64,000 bases of DNA from Octopus sinensis (GCF_006345805.1 NC_042998.1:42966001-43030000), one strand, 5' to 3'; counted from the first letter of the stretch, positions 36,305 to 49,679 are shown. Translations and numbers: made by a program. The notes: a model not told the origin generated them from the letters alone.

Positions 36305-39220
36305 ATCATCATCATCATCATCATCATCATTTAACGTCCGCTTTCCATGCTAGCATGGGTTGGACGGTTCAACTGGGGTCTGGGGAGCCCGAAAGCTGCA
36401 CCAGTCCAGTCAGATCTGGCAGTGTTTCTACAGCTGGATGCCCTTCCTAACGCCAACCACTCCGAGAGTGTAGTGGGTGATTTTATGTGCCACCGACACA
36501 GGTGCCAGACGAGGCTGGCAAACGGCCACGCTCGGATGGTGTTTTTATGTGCCACCGACACAGGTGCCAGATGAGGCTGGCAAACGGCCACGATCGGATG
36601 GTGCTTGTTACGTGCCCACAGCACGGAGGCCAGTCGATGCGGTACTGGCTACGGCCACGTTCGGATGGTTTTCTTGTGTGCCACGTGCCACCGGCACTGG
36701 TACCACAAAGATACAAATTCCATTGATGTTCATCTATTTTGATTTGTTTTGATTTTCACTTGCCTCAACAGGTCTTCACAAGTGTCACAAGAAGGAAGGT
36801 ATGCACAGGTGGACTGACTACGTCCCAGGTAGGGGCCATGGGTTATGGCCTGACTAGTCTTGCCGGGTCTTCGGATGGTGTTTTTATGTGCCACCGACAC
36901 AGGTGCTAGATGAGGCTGGCGAACGGCCACGATCGGATGGTGTTTGTCATGTGCCCACCGCACTGACTACAGCACTGATGGATTTCTTGTGTGCCACAGG
37001 CACTGGTACCACAAGATACAAATTCCATTGATGTTCATCTATTTTGTCTATTTTGATTTGATTTGATTTGATTTTCACTTGCCTCAACCGGTCTTCACAA
37101 GTGTCACAAGAAGGAAGGTATGCACAGGTGGACTGACTAGTCTTGCCGGGTCTTCGGAAGGTGTTTTTATGTGCCACCGACACAGGTGCCAGATGACGCT
37201 GGCGAATGGCCATGATCGGATGGTGTTTGTTACGTGCCCCCAGCACGGAGGCCGGTCGATGCGGAACTGGCTACGGCCACGTTCGGATGGTTCTCTTGTG
37301 TGCCACCGGCACTGGTACCACAAAGTGTGTGCCACCGGCACTGGTACCACAAAGATACAGATTCCATTGATGTTCATCTATTTTGATTTGTTTTGATTTT
37401 GATTTTCACTTGCCTCAACAGGTCTTCACAAGTGTCACAAGAAGGAAGGTATGCACAGGTGGACTGACTACGTCCCAGGTAGGGGCCATGGGTTATGGCC
37501 TGACTAGTCTTGCTGGGTCTTCGGATGGTGTTTTTATGTGCCACCGACACAGGTGCTAGATGAGGCTGGTGAACGGCCACGATCGGATGGTGTTTGTCAT
37601 GTGCCCACAGCACGGAGGCCAGTCGATGCGGTACTGGCTACGGCCACTTTCGGATGGTTTTCTCTTGTGTGCCACCGGCACTGGTACCACAAAGATACAA
37701 ATTCCATTGATGTTCATCTATTTTGATTTGTTTTGATTTGATTTTGATTTTGATTTTCACTTGCCTCAACAGGCCTTCACAAGTATCACAAGGAGGAAGG
37801 TATGCACAGGTGGACTGACTACGTCCCAGGTAGGGGCCATGGGTTATGGCCTGACTAGTCTTGCCGGGTCTTCGGATGGTGTTTTTATGTGCCACCGACA
37901 CAGGTGCTAGATGAGGCTGGCGAATGGCCACGACCGGATGGTGTTTGTTATGTGCCCACAGCACGATGGCCAGTGATGCGGTACTGACTACGGCCATGTT
38001 CGGATGGATTCTTGTGTGCCACCGGCACTGGTACCACAAGCGGTACTGACTACTTTTTATGTGCCACCGACACAGGTGCTAGATGAGGCTGGCGAACGGC
38101 CACGACCGGATGGTGTTTGTTATGTGCCCACAGCACGATGGCCAGTGATGCGGTACTGACTACGGCCACGTTCGGATTGATACTTGTGTGCCACCGGCAC
38201 TGGTACCACAAGCGGTACTGACTACGGCCACGTTCGGATGGATTCTTGTGTGCCACCGGCACTGGTACCACAAAGATACAAATTCCATTGATGTTCATCT
38301 ATTTTGATTTGTTTTGATTTTCACTTGCCTCAACAGGTCTTCACAAGTGTCGCAAGAAGGAAGGTATGTACAGGTGGACTGACTACGTCCCAGGTAGGGC
38401 CCACGGGTTATGACCTGACTAGTCTTGCCGGGTCTTCGGATGGTGTTTTTATGTGCCACCATGTTCCCATAGCACGGAGGCGAGTCGATGCGGTACTGGC
38501 TACGGCCACGTTCGGATGGTTTTCTTGTGTGCCACAGGCACTGGTACCACAAAGATACAAATTCCATTGATGTTCATCTATTTTGATTGATTTTCACTTG
38601 CCTCAGCAGGTCTTCACAAGTGTCACAAGAAGGAAGGTATGCACAGGTGGATCGACTACGTCCCAGGTAGGGGCCACGGGATATGGCCTGACTAGTCCTG
38701 CCGGGTCCTCTCATGCACAGCACACTTCCATAGGACTCGGTCTTCAGTCATTTCCTTGGTGAGACCTAAAGTTCGAAGGTCGTGCTTCACCACCTCGTCC
38801 CAGGTTTTCCTGGGTCTACCTCTTCCACAGGCTCCCTCAACTGCTAGGGTGTAGCACTTTTGCACACAACTATCTTCAGCCATTCTCGTCACATGACCAT
38901 ACCAGCGCAGCCGTCTCTCTTGCACACCACAACTGACACTTCTTAGGTTCAACTTTTCTCTCAAAGTACTTACACTCTGACGATTATGAACACTGACATT
39001 ACACATCCATCGGAGCATACTGGCTTCATTTCTTGCAAGCTTACGCATATCCTCAGCTGTCACGGCCCATGTTTCACTACCATGTAGCATGGCTGTACGT
39101 ACACACGCATCATATAGTCTGCCTTTTACTCTTAGCGAGAGGCCTTTTGTCACCAGCAGGGGTAAGAGCTCTCTAAACTTTGCCCAGGCTATTCTTACTC
39201 TAGCAGTTACACTTTCAGCA
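36305..39220 (-). mobile_element. 5'-truncated RTE-clade LINE with an expanded 3' UTR
   Basis: ORF end at 39220-38692 reads ARVRIAWAKFRELLPLL...KGRLYDACVRTAMLHGSETW...RRLRWYGHVTRM...GRGRPRKTW. The 3' tail is GGTTGGCGTTAGGAAGGGCATCCAGCTGTAGAAAC followed by (ATG)n. Confidence 0.93.
36480..38690 (-). repeat. Higher-order tandem array in the RTE 3' UTR (units of about 300-340 bp built from modules of about 60 bp)
   Basis: Anchor ATTCCATTGATGTTCATCTA recurs at about 36717, 37023, 37361, 37701, 38282 and 38561. Confidence 0.92.
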
Positions 39221-39632
39221 CACCCGATTCATAAAAATCTGAACATGTGTAAAATTTGTGCAAAGTTTGTCCCCAGGGTGCTCAATGACAAGCATTTTGG
39301 TAGCCAACTGCTTGACAGAGAAGGGCATCAAAACTGTCCCTCATCCTCCCTACAGTTTAGACATTGCTCCCTGTGACATTCAGTTGCTCCCCAAGCTTAA
39401 AGAGAACCTCAGAGGCAGTTGCTATGACGATGGGGGGGGGGGGGCTGTGACAAGGGTCTTGGACATCTTCACTCTGGAGAACTTCCATGGAACTTTCACG
39501 AAGTGGCTGTTGCAGCACAATGTGCATTGAAGCCAGTGGTTCCTAATTTGAAGGAGATTAGAGTTGTGTGCATCGGTGAAACTAATAAATATCTCTGCTG
39601 CAAAAGTTTGAAAACTTCTGGAATGCACCTGG
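39221..39632 (+). mobile_element. Internally deleted mariner, 3' portion
   Basis: IHKNLNMCKICAKFVPRVL is joined directly to GIKTVPHPPYSLDIAPCD..LPKLKENLRG. It ends ...GAATGCACCTGG|TA. Confidence 0.8.
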
Positions 39633-39882
39633 TATATATTTTATGAACTTTGAAACTTTTATAAACATATTTAATTCTGAATACACAGCAAAGAGTTCTT
39701 TTCTGTTCCTTTGTACTTCAGAAAGGAAATATTAGATAAGGTTTATGAAGTGATATGTTTAGTGCATGGATAAGGGGGATAAAGATTAGTGATAGGATAA
39801 AGGCTAGTTAGATGGGAATGTAATAAATTTAAAGAATTACTAATCCTACAGGTAAGTAATTCTTTGGAATTACTAATTCTAA

Positions 39883-40170
39883 GTGGAGGCGCAATGGCCC
39901 AGTGGTGAGGGCAGCAGACTCGCGGTTTCAATTCCCAGACCAGGTGTTGTGTGTGTTTATTGAGCAAAAACACCTAAAGCTCCATGAGGCTCTGGCAGGG
40001 GGTAGTGGCGACCCTGTTGTACTCTTTCACTCCAACTTACTCTCACTGTTTCTTGAGTAACGCTGCGATGGACTGGTGTCCTGTCCAGGTGGGGGGAACA
40101 CATACACCACAGAAATCAGGAAACCGGGCCTATGAGCCTGGCTAGGCTAGAAAAGGGTGCATAAAAAAAA
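39883..40170 (+). mobile_element. tRNA-derived SINE (GGAGGCGCAATGGCCCAGTGG head)
   Basis: A/B-box-like head shared with 49322-49672, poly-A end. Confidence 0.8.
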
Positions 40171-40600
40171 TCCTACAGAAAAGAAAGTTGTAGACTGATT
40201 GTGAGGGAGAGAGCAGGGCTATATGTAGGCAATTTGATCCTACATCAATAGGAACACGATGAATGCTCATTTCTAACTTAGAGGTAAAATGAAGAGTAAA
40301 TAAATTGGGGAAGTATAGAAATCAGAGGAACATTCAGCCAAGAGAGATGGCTGTTCTGGTTTAGGTATGTAATGTAAATGTTGCAAAGTGAATGATGCTT
40401 TGAATTGGCAATAGAATTCTGTAAGAGCAAGCAAGTACATTATCATTATCATCACCACCACCACCACCACCACCACCAAAACCACCATCATTGCACCACT
40501 ATTACTGCTACCACCACTAAAACCACCAGACATCACTAACAGGAATATGATCATGACCGTGACTACCATGAAGATAATGACAACAATGACCACCACCAGA

Positions 40601-40692
40601 GTGTGAGTTAGAGGCTGGATTGTGACTGTACTTGTACTTGTGAGTTAGAGGCTGGATTGTGCACATGTGAGTTAGAGGCTGGATTGTGACTG
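40601..40692. repeat. Short tandem repeat, 3 x GTGAGTTAGAGGCTGGATTGTG
   Basis: Direct observation. Confidence 0.9.
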
Positions 40693-40796
40693 TTGCTGAA
40701 TCCATACCAATAGTTGAGTGGCTTTCTCTGACAGGTAGTGGTGGCTGTGTGTGAGTGAGATTGTGTGTGTGTGTGCGTGTGTGTGCGTGTGTGTTT

Positions 40797-41022
40797 AAGG
40801 CAGTGAGCTGGCAGAAACGTTAGCACACCGGGCGAAATGCTTAGCGGTATTTTGTCTCCTGTTACATTCTGAATTCAAATTCTGCCGAGGTCGACTTTGC
40901 TTTTCATCCTTTCGGGGTCGATAAATTAAGTACCAGTTACACACTGGGGTTGATGTAATCGACTTAATCTCTTTGTCTGTCCTTGTTTGTTCCCTCTATG
41001 TTTACCCCCTTATGGGCAATAA
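40797..41022 (+). mobile_element. Meta-like SINE inserted in (GT)n
   Basis: Family consensus, with (GT)n on both sides. Confidence 0.85.
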
Positions 41023-41500
41023 GTGTGTGTGTGTGTGTGTAGCAGCACTGTACCGGATATGAGAGCAGTACTGCATTGCAAGCTTCATTTGAACTATGTA
41101 CAGTGTCAGTAATTGTTGAGAGATGAAATATTTTCTGACTTAGAAGAAAAGGGTGAGTCATTGAGATTCCCAGTGATAGAGAAGCCTTACATTTGGGGGT
41201 AATTTAAAGGGCTCTAGCTGTGTGCTACTCGTATCTAACAGAAGGGGAAACAGCTGTAGTAATGATTTTCTTTGACATATGCAGTGGTTTTAATTTTTAC
41301 TGTTAAAAGAGGCAACATTGATATGATTCTACTGGGGGATGTTTGCTAGGTCTATGTTCATGGAGTCAGTGCATATTTGCTGCCAGTTTTGATTTTTCTC
41401 CATTTATACTCCATAGTTTTGGTTGTTAAAAGGGTAACCCTCAAACGTATGTTCTAACAGAAATAATAATAAATAAATAATTAAATAAATAATAATAATG

Positions 41501-41550
<50 letters not shown>

Positions 41551-41551
<1 letters not shown>

Positions 41552-42105
41552 GCCCTGATGCAGTACCAGGCAGTGGCTCTCGTGGCTTCTGATCTTAACT
41601 GATTGGAAGTGCTATCATGTACACTGTTTTGTCTTGGTATAAAAGATGGGCTACAGCAAATATTCTGCTCAATACCACAGATTTGCTTGTCAGTTGTTTG
41701 ACCTTAACCAGTTGAGTATGTCCCTTAGTGGCTGACGATATGTGCATCTCTGTTCATGAGCAGAAGTAGTGGGGGAGCATCATAGCCTTGTGTTGAGAGG
41801 GATTCTTGGGGTTTGGATAATTCACCTTTGGAGACATGGGTGGTTCATTCAACATCCTTAAATAATCCTTATTCAGGGACCTTTTGAGCGGGATGGGCTA
41901 CTTGACCAGAAGAAAATTCTAACTGGGCCCCACCTACAAGGTCATGTGCTGTTTATCTTGATATGAGATCACCATGTCATGCACATATGGTTGTGATGCA
42001 TGTGCCTGGTGTACCCTTATCAGACGGGTAGTCATGATGGGTATACTGGGCTTTGTATATTTGTATCCCAGTGTCACTTTGATGGCATGCACTGCTCTCT
42101 CACTC
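41551..42105 (+). mobile_element. 555-bp non-coding dispersed repeat embedded in (AAT)n
   Basis: (AAT)n on both flanks. An inverted second copy at 19917-20703 also abuts (ATT)n. Confidence 0.8.
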
Positions 42106-42115
42106 AATAATAATA

Positions 42116-42158
<43 letters not shown>

Positions 42159-42194
42159 TAATAATGATAATCATCATCATCATCATCATCCTTT

Positions 42195-42400
42195 CTACTA
42201 AAGGCACAGGCCTGAAATTTTTGGCTAGTCAATTACATTGACCTGGTGCTCAACTGGTACTTATTTTATTGAACTTGAAAGGATGACAGACAAAGTTGAC
42301 CTTGAGGGAATTTGAACTCAGATGCAGAATGTAAAGATGGACGAAATGCTGCCAAGCATTTTTTCCAGCATGCTAACAATTCTGCTAGTTCATTGCCTTA
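42195..42400 (-). mobile_element. Diverged Meta-like SINE
   Basis: Reverse complement of family motifs, with CpG decay. Confidence 0.75.
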
Positions 42401-42849
42401 ACAACAACAACAACAACAACAATAAAAATAATTTCTTTAATTATTACAATGGTGTGGGATGAGGGGACACTATATGGAATGGTTACTACACATATATGAT
42501 AGGGTATTCAAAGAGGACTCCCACTCAGTTCCAATCAGGATTCCCCCATATCTAATATTGTCCTAACTACTAAGGGTAACTGCCCTCCTCCTAGCTATCA
42601 CTTTCCCAGTCTAGAGGTGCATGCTCAAATTAGACCCATTCACTAGGGTCCTTCTCTATGAGAGAACTTCTATTGGGTACTCCGACTGCCTGAAATAGCA
42701 GCAAAATCTCCTTCGAATCATACACTTCCCACCATCTTAATTTTTAAAAAAAATGGAAAATGCCGTTTAAAATATACTTTTGAAAAGATGAGGTGACCAC
42801 GGCTGGAATGTCTTTAATCAGAGGTCTGCCCTAGGCTAAATAGCAATAA

Positions 42850-44580
42850 TCTTTCGACGAATTTACTGGAGTGCAGCACTTCCCTCTCTGTCCTAACCTT
42901 TCTCTCCAAGTCGATCAAAGATTGACGAAGAGACAGCATTCTCAATTTTTCCTTTAGTCGCGTCTGCTACAGAGACCATTGCTGTATAAGCCATTAGACA
43001 GAAAAAATGCCCATCCCTCACACGCAGAAGGCAGCGAACGATCTTACATGCAACAGCAGCCTATTCGACTAAACAAGTGCATGCAGAACGGTTTCGTCGC
43101 TCCGCGTTTATCGTAACCGGGCCCAGCTGACAACACTTGTCTGTATAGTTTAACATCGTAATCGCAATATGCCGCCACCTCAGGTTAGGCTGAAAGTCCT
43201 TTGGAATGCACAAAAGCTTTAAGTTTGAGGAATTAATTTGATTTAGATACACACGCACATATGTTCCTTTTTGGTCTCGGACCATACCCGATTTAGTAGA
43301 TATATGATTAAAAGCTTGCCGGCCATGATCAACTCGCCCTTTTTGTTATTGTTATTATTATTTTTTAAGCACTAAGTACCCCAATCTACCTTACCGAAGG
43401 CGGAGAAGCTTTGTTAGAAGGAGATTTAACTGATACTTTTCGCATGCAAGTTAACCAACAGAAATTTATAAAAGTTTTATAAAGTGATCTATGTATTTTT
43501 TTTAATGATCTATATTGTTTTGAAGATACTTTCAATATCTTATATTTCAAAATGTTAATACAAAACATCACAAAAACGTTTTAAATTGAGGTAATTTGTA
43601 TATTTCAAATATCAAACAGGTTCACCTTAGATACCATATAACATATAGGTAGATTTAGAAGGGGTGTGGCACAAAATGCTTTTGCAGTAGGTAGCTATGC
43701 ATTGAGTTCAGTTCGCAAGGTGATAAATTAATTATACTGATTGCAATTCAAATGATTACAATCTCTCTTCAAATTTTTGGTCATATGCTAAATAAAATCA
43801 AATCAATATTAATTTTAATTAATGACATACACGTTGAAAACTTGTTTAAATCCTCGTGATGTATAATTCCCACCACCTGCTACCTATTGAAGAAAGAAAT
43901 GAAGAAAACCGTTGTAAATCATTCTCGAAAAAGCCCCAACAATGGAAGAGTTCATTGAATGAACAAAAGGTAAGCTTGCGTACAAGGTTGAATTAGATTT
44001 TTTTTTTTTTTGTGTGTGCAAATAAAATAAAATTAAGAGAAAGGAGAAAAAAAAAAGGATATTTGGTAATTTCCCTGATTTTAAACTGAAAGATTCAGAG
44101 TGCATCTATCAAACATGTTACATTAAAAAATTTCCACCTAGGAAGACTAGTTCGCCTCTCAGGTTATTAAAGGAGGGGTAGGTTGTATTATTAAATAAAA
44201 CCGTGCCTCTGCATATATATATATATATATACACGTAAGCTTACACACATACACAACGTATACACATGCACGCACACTCAATAACACACACCCCCAAACT
44301 ACTATAGTCATCGCTTCTCATACTAAATACGCTACATGGTCACTCACGTTCAGAGCTGAATGGTAGTGGATGACAAACTTCTAATGCAGTCTTTGGCTGC
44401 TTGGCATTATCATTAAAGCTGAAGTGAAACTCGCAACCTGCATTCTGTCGCGTTTGTTGATTTTGAATCGGAAAAACCAACCTGTTGTGATTTAGCTAGT
44501 TCGGAAATTCTTACGGACGAAATCGTAATTGAATTTATTCCACCTCCTATTGTTATTACCGAGCAACAGAGAAAAAAAGG
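42850..44580. promoter_or_regulatory. Probable promoter/5' region (CpG-retaining, mostly non-repetitive)
   Basis: CpG frequency rises visibly relative to the flanks, directly upstream of a signal-peptide exon. The TSS cannot be determined. Confidence 0.4.
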
Positions 44581-44934
44581 ATGCATCATATACAACAACT
44601 GTGTCTTTTAATGACAATTTGGTCAGCGAGTGTGGTGATGGCCGAAAGCTTTAAACGGTCACTTACTGCCCGTCATCATCATCATCACCATCATCACCAA
44701 CATCAGCAACAACAGCAACAACAAAATTTACCGGTTGTGTTCGCTGTCGCCGATAGAAAAAATGAAGTGAAACCCGATCATTACGATGGAGTCCAATTGT
44801 TGTCAGTGCATGAGAAGGACCCTTTATCCTCTGCTGACGGCCAAGAGAACAAAGAAGAGAAAGATGATATCATAACAAGTAGAAGCAGTTTAAAGAAGAA
44901 CTTGTCCCCTAGTCAACCTGTTAGGGAGCTGAAG
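44581..44934 (+). CDS. First coding exon of an unidentified secreted or type I membrane protein (signal peptide, His/Gln tract)
   Basis: ATG followed by hydrophobic LCLLMTIWSASVVMA|ES. The poly-His/poly-Gln tract uses mixed codons. 118 open codons end at a phase-0 donor AAG|GTATGT. Confidence 0.75.
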
Positions 44935-47154
44935 GTATGTTACTTTTAATATATTTTTCTAAGAACGGCTTGAACGTCGCAGAATCTCGTGCTCTTCCTA
45001 TATCCAAAATCCTAATTGAAGTTTGTAACATTTTGAACAGATAATCATTTTTGCGTGATCGGACAAGATCTAAAAAAAAAAAAAAAAAAAAAAGCAAGCA
45101 CGCTAGTAAACTATGGGTAAACTATGTGGATAAATGACGGGATGGTCACGGCTAGAGCGCCTTAGGTTTGATCTTAGGTTTGCTGAATAAAGGCTGACCT
45201 GGAGCTAAGCTACGACACGATATTAAACGTATTAATCGAATTGTCATTAGGATAAACATGTGATATTGGCAATACAATGATGGTAATATAAAAAAAAAAA
45301 AATTAGCGTGAAGTCTTGGACATTTATTATTTTTTAAAATCATTAGTTATCTTTTGAGATTTTTTTCAATGTATATCCCTAAAAGATATTTTACAGTGCG
45401 TGTTTATAAAGAGAGTATGTATACAGGGTATGTTTGGCTGTAGTTGTCATGCGAAATTTATATAAACCTTTATGCATTAGTTTATTGCTTTTCGATGGTT
45501 TATCAACAATCTATTAAACTCGGTGTATGTGTAAAAGTGCATCTTTTTTTCTATGAATCCATTCATCATAAATTATTTACTATTCATATTGTTAAGGCAC
45601 CGTTTATTCTTTCACTCAGTTATTCATTCAATCTGTGTTTTGTTTTTATTATTTCTTTCACTTTTGCGATGATAATAATCTTGTGCCTTCTTTCTTCTCT
45701 TTATCCTTATATCTAGCTTCTTCTGCCAGCCTCTATTAGTTGTTGCCATCTATTCCGATTGCTAGTGAGAAATGCATGAATGCTACAACATGTCATTTCT
45801 GCCCTCCTCAACTATCCGAGGTCTTATGTTTATGCCAGAAATCAATATTATCTTTATATTTCGGGTGGGGTGGAAGAAGAAGAAGATGTAATCACGAGGA
45901 ACACAATTTCTTCTAGTTAACGTGTCAAATGCCGGAAAATTCCATCCCATACACCCCACCGCACGCTGCGAAAATCTGCTGTAGACGATTAATCAATAGG
46001 CTATGCTCCAGCTCCATGAAAAACTGGCTGGACTATCCATTTTTATCTTATGATCGTTTTGCTTCTGTTTCTGTTACTCTTTCTCTGTTCAACATGTAAT
46101 AGTAGAACAATCTGCTTTATTCGAATCATAGCATCAGTAGCTGCGGTGTTGTTAGGGGTGGTGCCTATTAGGATGCGAGCCAGAGGACTTAAGAAGCAAT
46201 GAACGTTTCACTTATCGTATCTAATTTTTTTCCAGTTGGAGAAGACTAAATTCTGAGAATAAAGTTAATAAATAAAGTAATAGAATAAGTACAATTCTTT
46301 TAAAACGAGTAAAACTGTTTTATTGTTCCTTTTTCATTATGGAAATAATGGAAGGGAAATAAAAGTTGCAGTTGATAAAATTTCAGGCTTAAGTTTTAAG
46401 ATGAAGGTTAAAAAAAAATGTTAATTTTTGTCATATCATCGTTATCGTTGCTTTATTTCTGTCACATTCTCATTATTTTTATTTATATTTTCTACCATGC
46501 AAGCAGAACTTGCTACACTACAAATCATATATAGTTGAATGGCCTTCCTAACATGAAACTTTCTAAAATTGTATCAAGTAATTTTTTTTTTATTTCATAA
46601 ATTTTTATTTTCTACCAGATACTAAGTTGGATAAATTTAAACGGTCCACACTCAATATCAGTCGTCCCTGTTCATCAAAGAATTATTTGTAGATTTTTGT
46701 TGTTCTATGGTATGTCTAGCCATAGATTTTATTTTCCATACCAGAATGAAAATAAACTTGTAGTGGCCTGTAAGATTTAGCAAGATTTTAATGAACAGAA
46801 AAGAAAATATATAGTAGCTTGTTCTGCTCTGAAGAAAAGAAATATTTTGTGATTTAAATAGAGCCTTTCAAGAATATTCTCCACAACGTACCTGTCACTT
46901 CTAATTCCCATTAACTTTTAGCATTTAGCATTTTCTTTATTGTTATATGCAGATATCATTTAGTTAATTAATCACCAAGTGTCATCTGAAGGATTATATT
47001 AATTAGCTACTTTCTTAACTCCTGTCTTGTAGCTAATCAGATAAAATCTTTACAGCTGAGGGTTCTACTAAATCTGATAACTGATATGCAGCTTTGATAT
47101 GCTTTATCAAATTTCCTCGCCTTTAATAAATTAACAAATAGCAACTTCAAATGT

Positions 47155-47500
47155 ATCATCATCATCATCATCGTTTAACGTCCGTTTTCCATGCTAGCAT
47201 AGGCTGGACGGTTTGACCTGGGTCTGGGAAGCCAGGAGGCTGCACCAGGCTCCAGTCTGATCTGGCAGTGTTTCTACAGCTGGATGCCCTTCCTAACGCC
47301 AACCACTCCGTGAGTGTAGTGGGTGCTTTTTACGTGCCACCGGTACAGGTGCCAGGGGAGGCTGGCAACGGCCATGGTCGGTTGGTGCTTTTTAAGTGCC
47401 ACCAGCACGGGTATCACAACTACAATTTCCATTTGATTTTTATTTTGATGTTGATGTACTTGACTCAATAGGTCTCTTCAAGCACAGCAGGTCGCCCAAG
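47155..47500 (-). mobile_element. RTE LINE 3' end (short, unexpanded 3' UTR)
   Basis: (CAT)n then GTTTAACGTCCG...GGATGCCCTTCCTAACGCCAACC, with a single set of hairpin modules. Confidence 0.85.
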
Positions 47501-48918
47501 TGCCAAATGCATATTAAACAAAAATTCATATTGGAAGATAAACTGATTTCTGTTCAAATCTACATACAGGTAAATAATACCTGGACACTGGATGTTGACA
47601 GTGACTTGAAAGCCTATACTTAGCCCAAGTTTCATGGTATCAAACAGAAAAGATAAATCTTCTCATAAAAAAGAAACCATTACAAAATGATAAACATTAG
47701 CAGATGATCTGAGATATTTTTAACAGTTAAATGATCTGAAGACAGAACAAAATTTTCTGCTCAGAAACATATAAAAATATCTGCAAGATTTGAACTCATA
47801 AATCATGTGTAGTAGTGTCCACCTTCAGTAGGCTGGCTAAAGAATTAATGGTTCACATTTTGATGCTAGTGTGGTGCTGTGTCTTTGGTACTGTGTGGTG
47901 TTGGTTAGGACACTTGGCTTTCAATGCTTCAGTACATATAGTCGTGCAATAGAGAAATTAAGCTTTTTGCTGTTAGGGAAATGATAGTTTTGTAAACCTG
48001 TAGTTTTCAACTGAAATCATATTATGCTCAAAACTGTTAAAACTTGTAAGGGACTGCTCTCTTGTCAAAGTGAAAATGACTCAGCTCGTTAGGCTTCAAA
48101 ATGGATATTCAATAGTGATTATTTGATATAACTACAGCCATGGGTGATCTTTTGATATAGATATACAAAATGTCTGACTATGAAATGAAAGTGAGAGGTA
48201 CTTGGTGTTTTGCCAAATTCTGAATAACTCTTAATGAATTATTAGTAAAAAAATTGTTGGTTACAATCCAGAGACTGAAAGAAAATGATTAGGTAGATTA
48301 GTAACATCAACTCCAATAGATAAATATTGTAAATACATTATCTTTGTGCACATGATGCCAGCTGATCAGCTGATCTCTTGTAGATGTATAGTGAGAAAAG
48401 ATTTTGTAAAGTTCCATTTATTGCTCAATATTTATTTTTCATGTCACTTCATGTACCTACAATGGTATATTTATGTATATATATCATGATTTCAATTTCA
48501 TTTTATTGCTGGTTTTCATAAGGGGTTCATTATTTTCAGCAGATAAAAACATTTTCTTTCAGTTTCATTTAATTCACTCTAATGTTGGCTATTTAAATAT
48601 ACTTTATATCAAAAGGTCACAGTCAAGTGATAAGCTATTGGACAAACCAGCTCATAATAACTGGAAAAAAGAAAATGGCCCCACCCCAGAATCCATTAAA
48701 CTGGTTGTGGTCTGTGGTGGAAAAAATTATGCAAATTATTGTGATTTGCAATTCCTAATATGAATAAGTTTGCTTGGCAGAGTTGTCAGATGAGTTCCAT
48801 AAAATGTACCACACAATTTTTAGATGTTTGAAAGTAGCCCTGATTGAAAATTTTGCAAGAAAAATGTTAAAAGTTATATCTAAGGATTGCCTATAAGTTG
48901 GTTCCAATTTATTTAGTT

Positions 48919-49174
48919 CAGAGGTTCTCGACTGGAGTTCATATGGCCCTTGGTGGTCCATATAAAATTTTCTTGTTAAAATTTATGTACAATAAATTGG
49001 TTATATTTTTACAATACTCAAAATAGTTTAGCAATTTTTTTTATACAATTCATTATAACAATTAATGATAAAAATGCAATAGGCTTTTTTTAAATGTCAA
49101 ATGGCTATAAGGGTCCACCCCATTAAAATAGGAATCAGAGGGGTCCATAGGCAAAAAATGGTTGAGAACCACTG
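48919..49174. mobile_element. hAT (Charlie-like) MITE
   Basis: TIRs CAGAGGTTCTCGAC / GTTGAGAACCACTG; 8-bp TSD ATTTAGTT/ATTTAATT. Confidence 0.8.
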
Positions 49175-49321
49175 ATTTAATTTAATTTAACATGATATTT
49201 TAGATTAAAATTTTAAAAAAGTTGGCTAAATTAATTTCAGACATTTTATTTTGGCACAAGGCCAGAAATTTTGAGGGAGGAGTTAAGTTGACTACATCTA
49301 ATTATATATATATTCTGTACT

Positions 49322-49672
49322 GTGGAGGTGCAATGGCCCAGTGGTTAGGGCAGCGGATTCATGGCCGTAGGTTCGTGGTTTCGATTCTCAGACCAGGTGT
49401 TGTAAGTGTTTATTGAGCGAAACACCTAAAGCTCCACGAGGCTTCGGAAGTGGGTGGCAAACCCTGCTGTACTCTTTCACCACTGTTTCTTCCTGTTTCT
49501 GTTGTACCTGTATTTCGAAGGGTCAGCCTTGTCACACTCTGTGTCATGCTGAATCTCCCTGAGAACTACGTTAAGGGTACACGTGTCTGTGGAGTGATCA
49601 GTCACTTACACATTCATTTCACAAGCAGGCTGTTTCATGAACCCTTGTTGTCGTAACTGATGGAGTGCCACA
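49322..49672 (+). mobile_element. tRNA-derived SINE with the same head as 39883 but a different 3' half
   Basis: GGAGGTGCAATGGCCCAGTGGTTAGGGCAG...GGTTTCGATTC. Confidence 0.75.
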
Positions 49673-49679
49673 ATATCCT

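Noticed and set aside
36480-38690. CRISPR-like repeat/spacer appearance and many overlapping ORFs
   Set aside because: This is the 3' UTR of a eukaryotic LINE. The 'spacers' are themselves repeated, no cas genes are present, and the ORFs are incidental.
39883-39945. tRNA genes (also at 49322, 32271, 3789 and 20705)
   Set aside because: These are tRNA-like heads that continue into repeated SINE bodies, with no complete cloverleaf.
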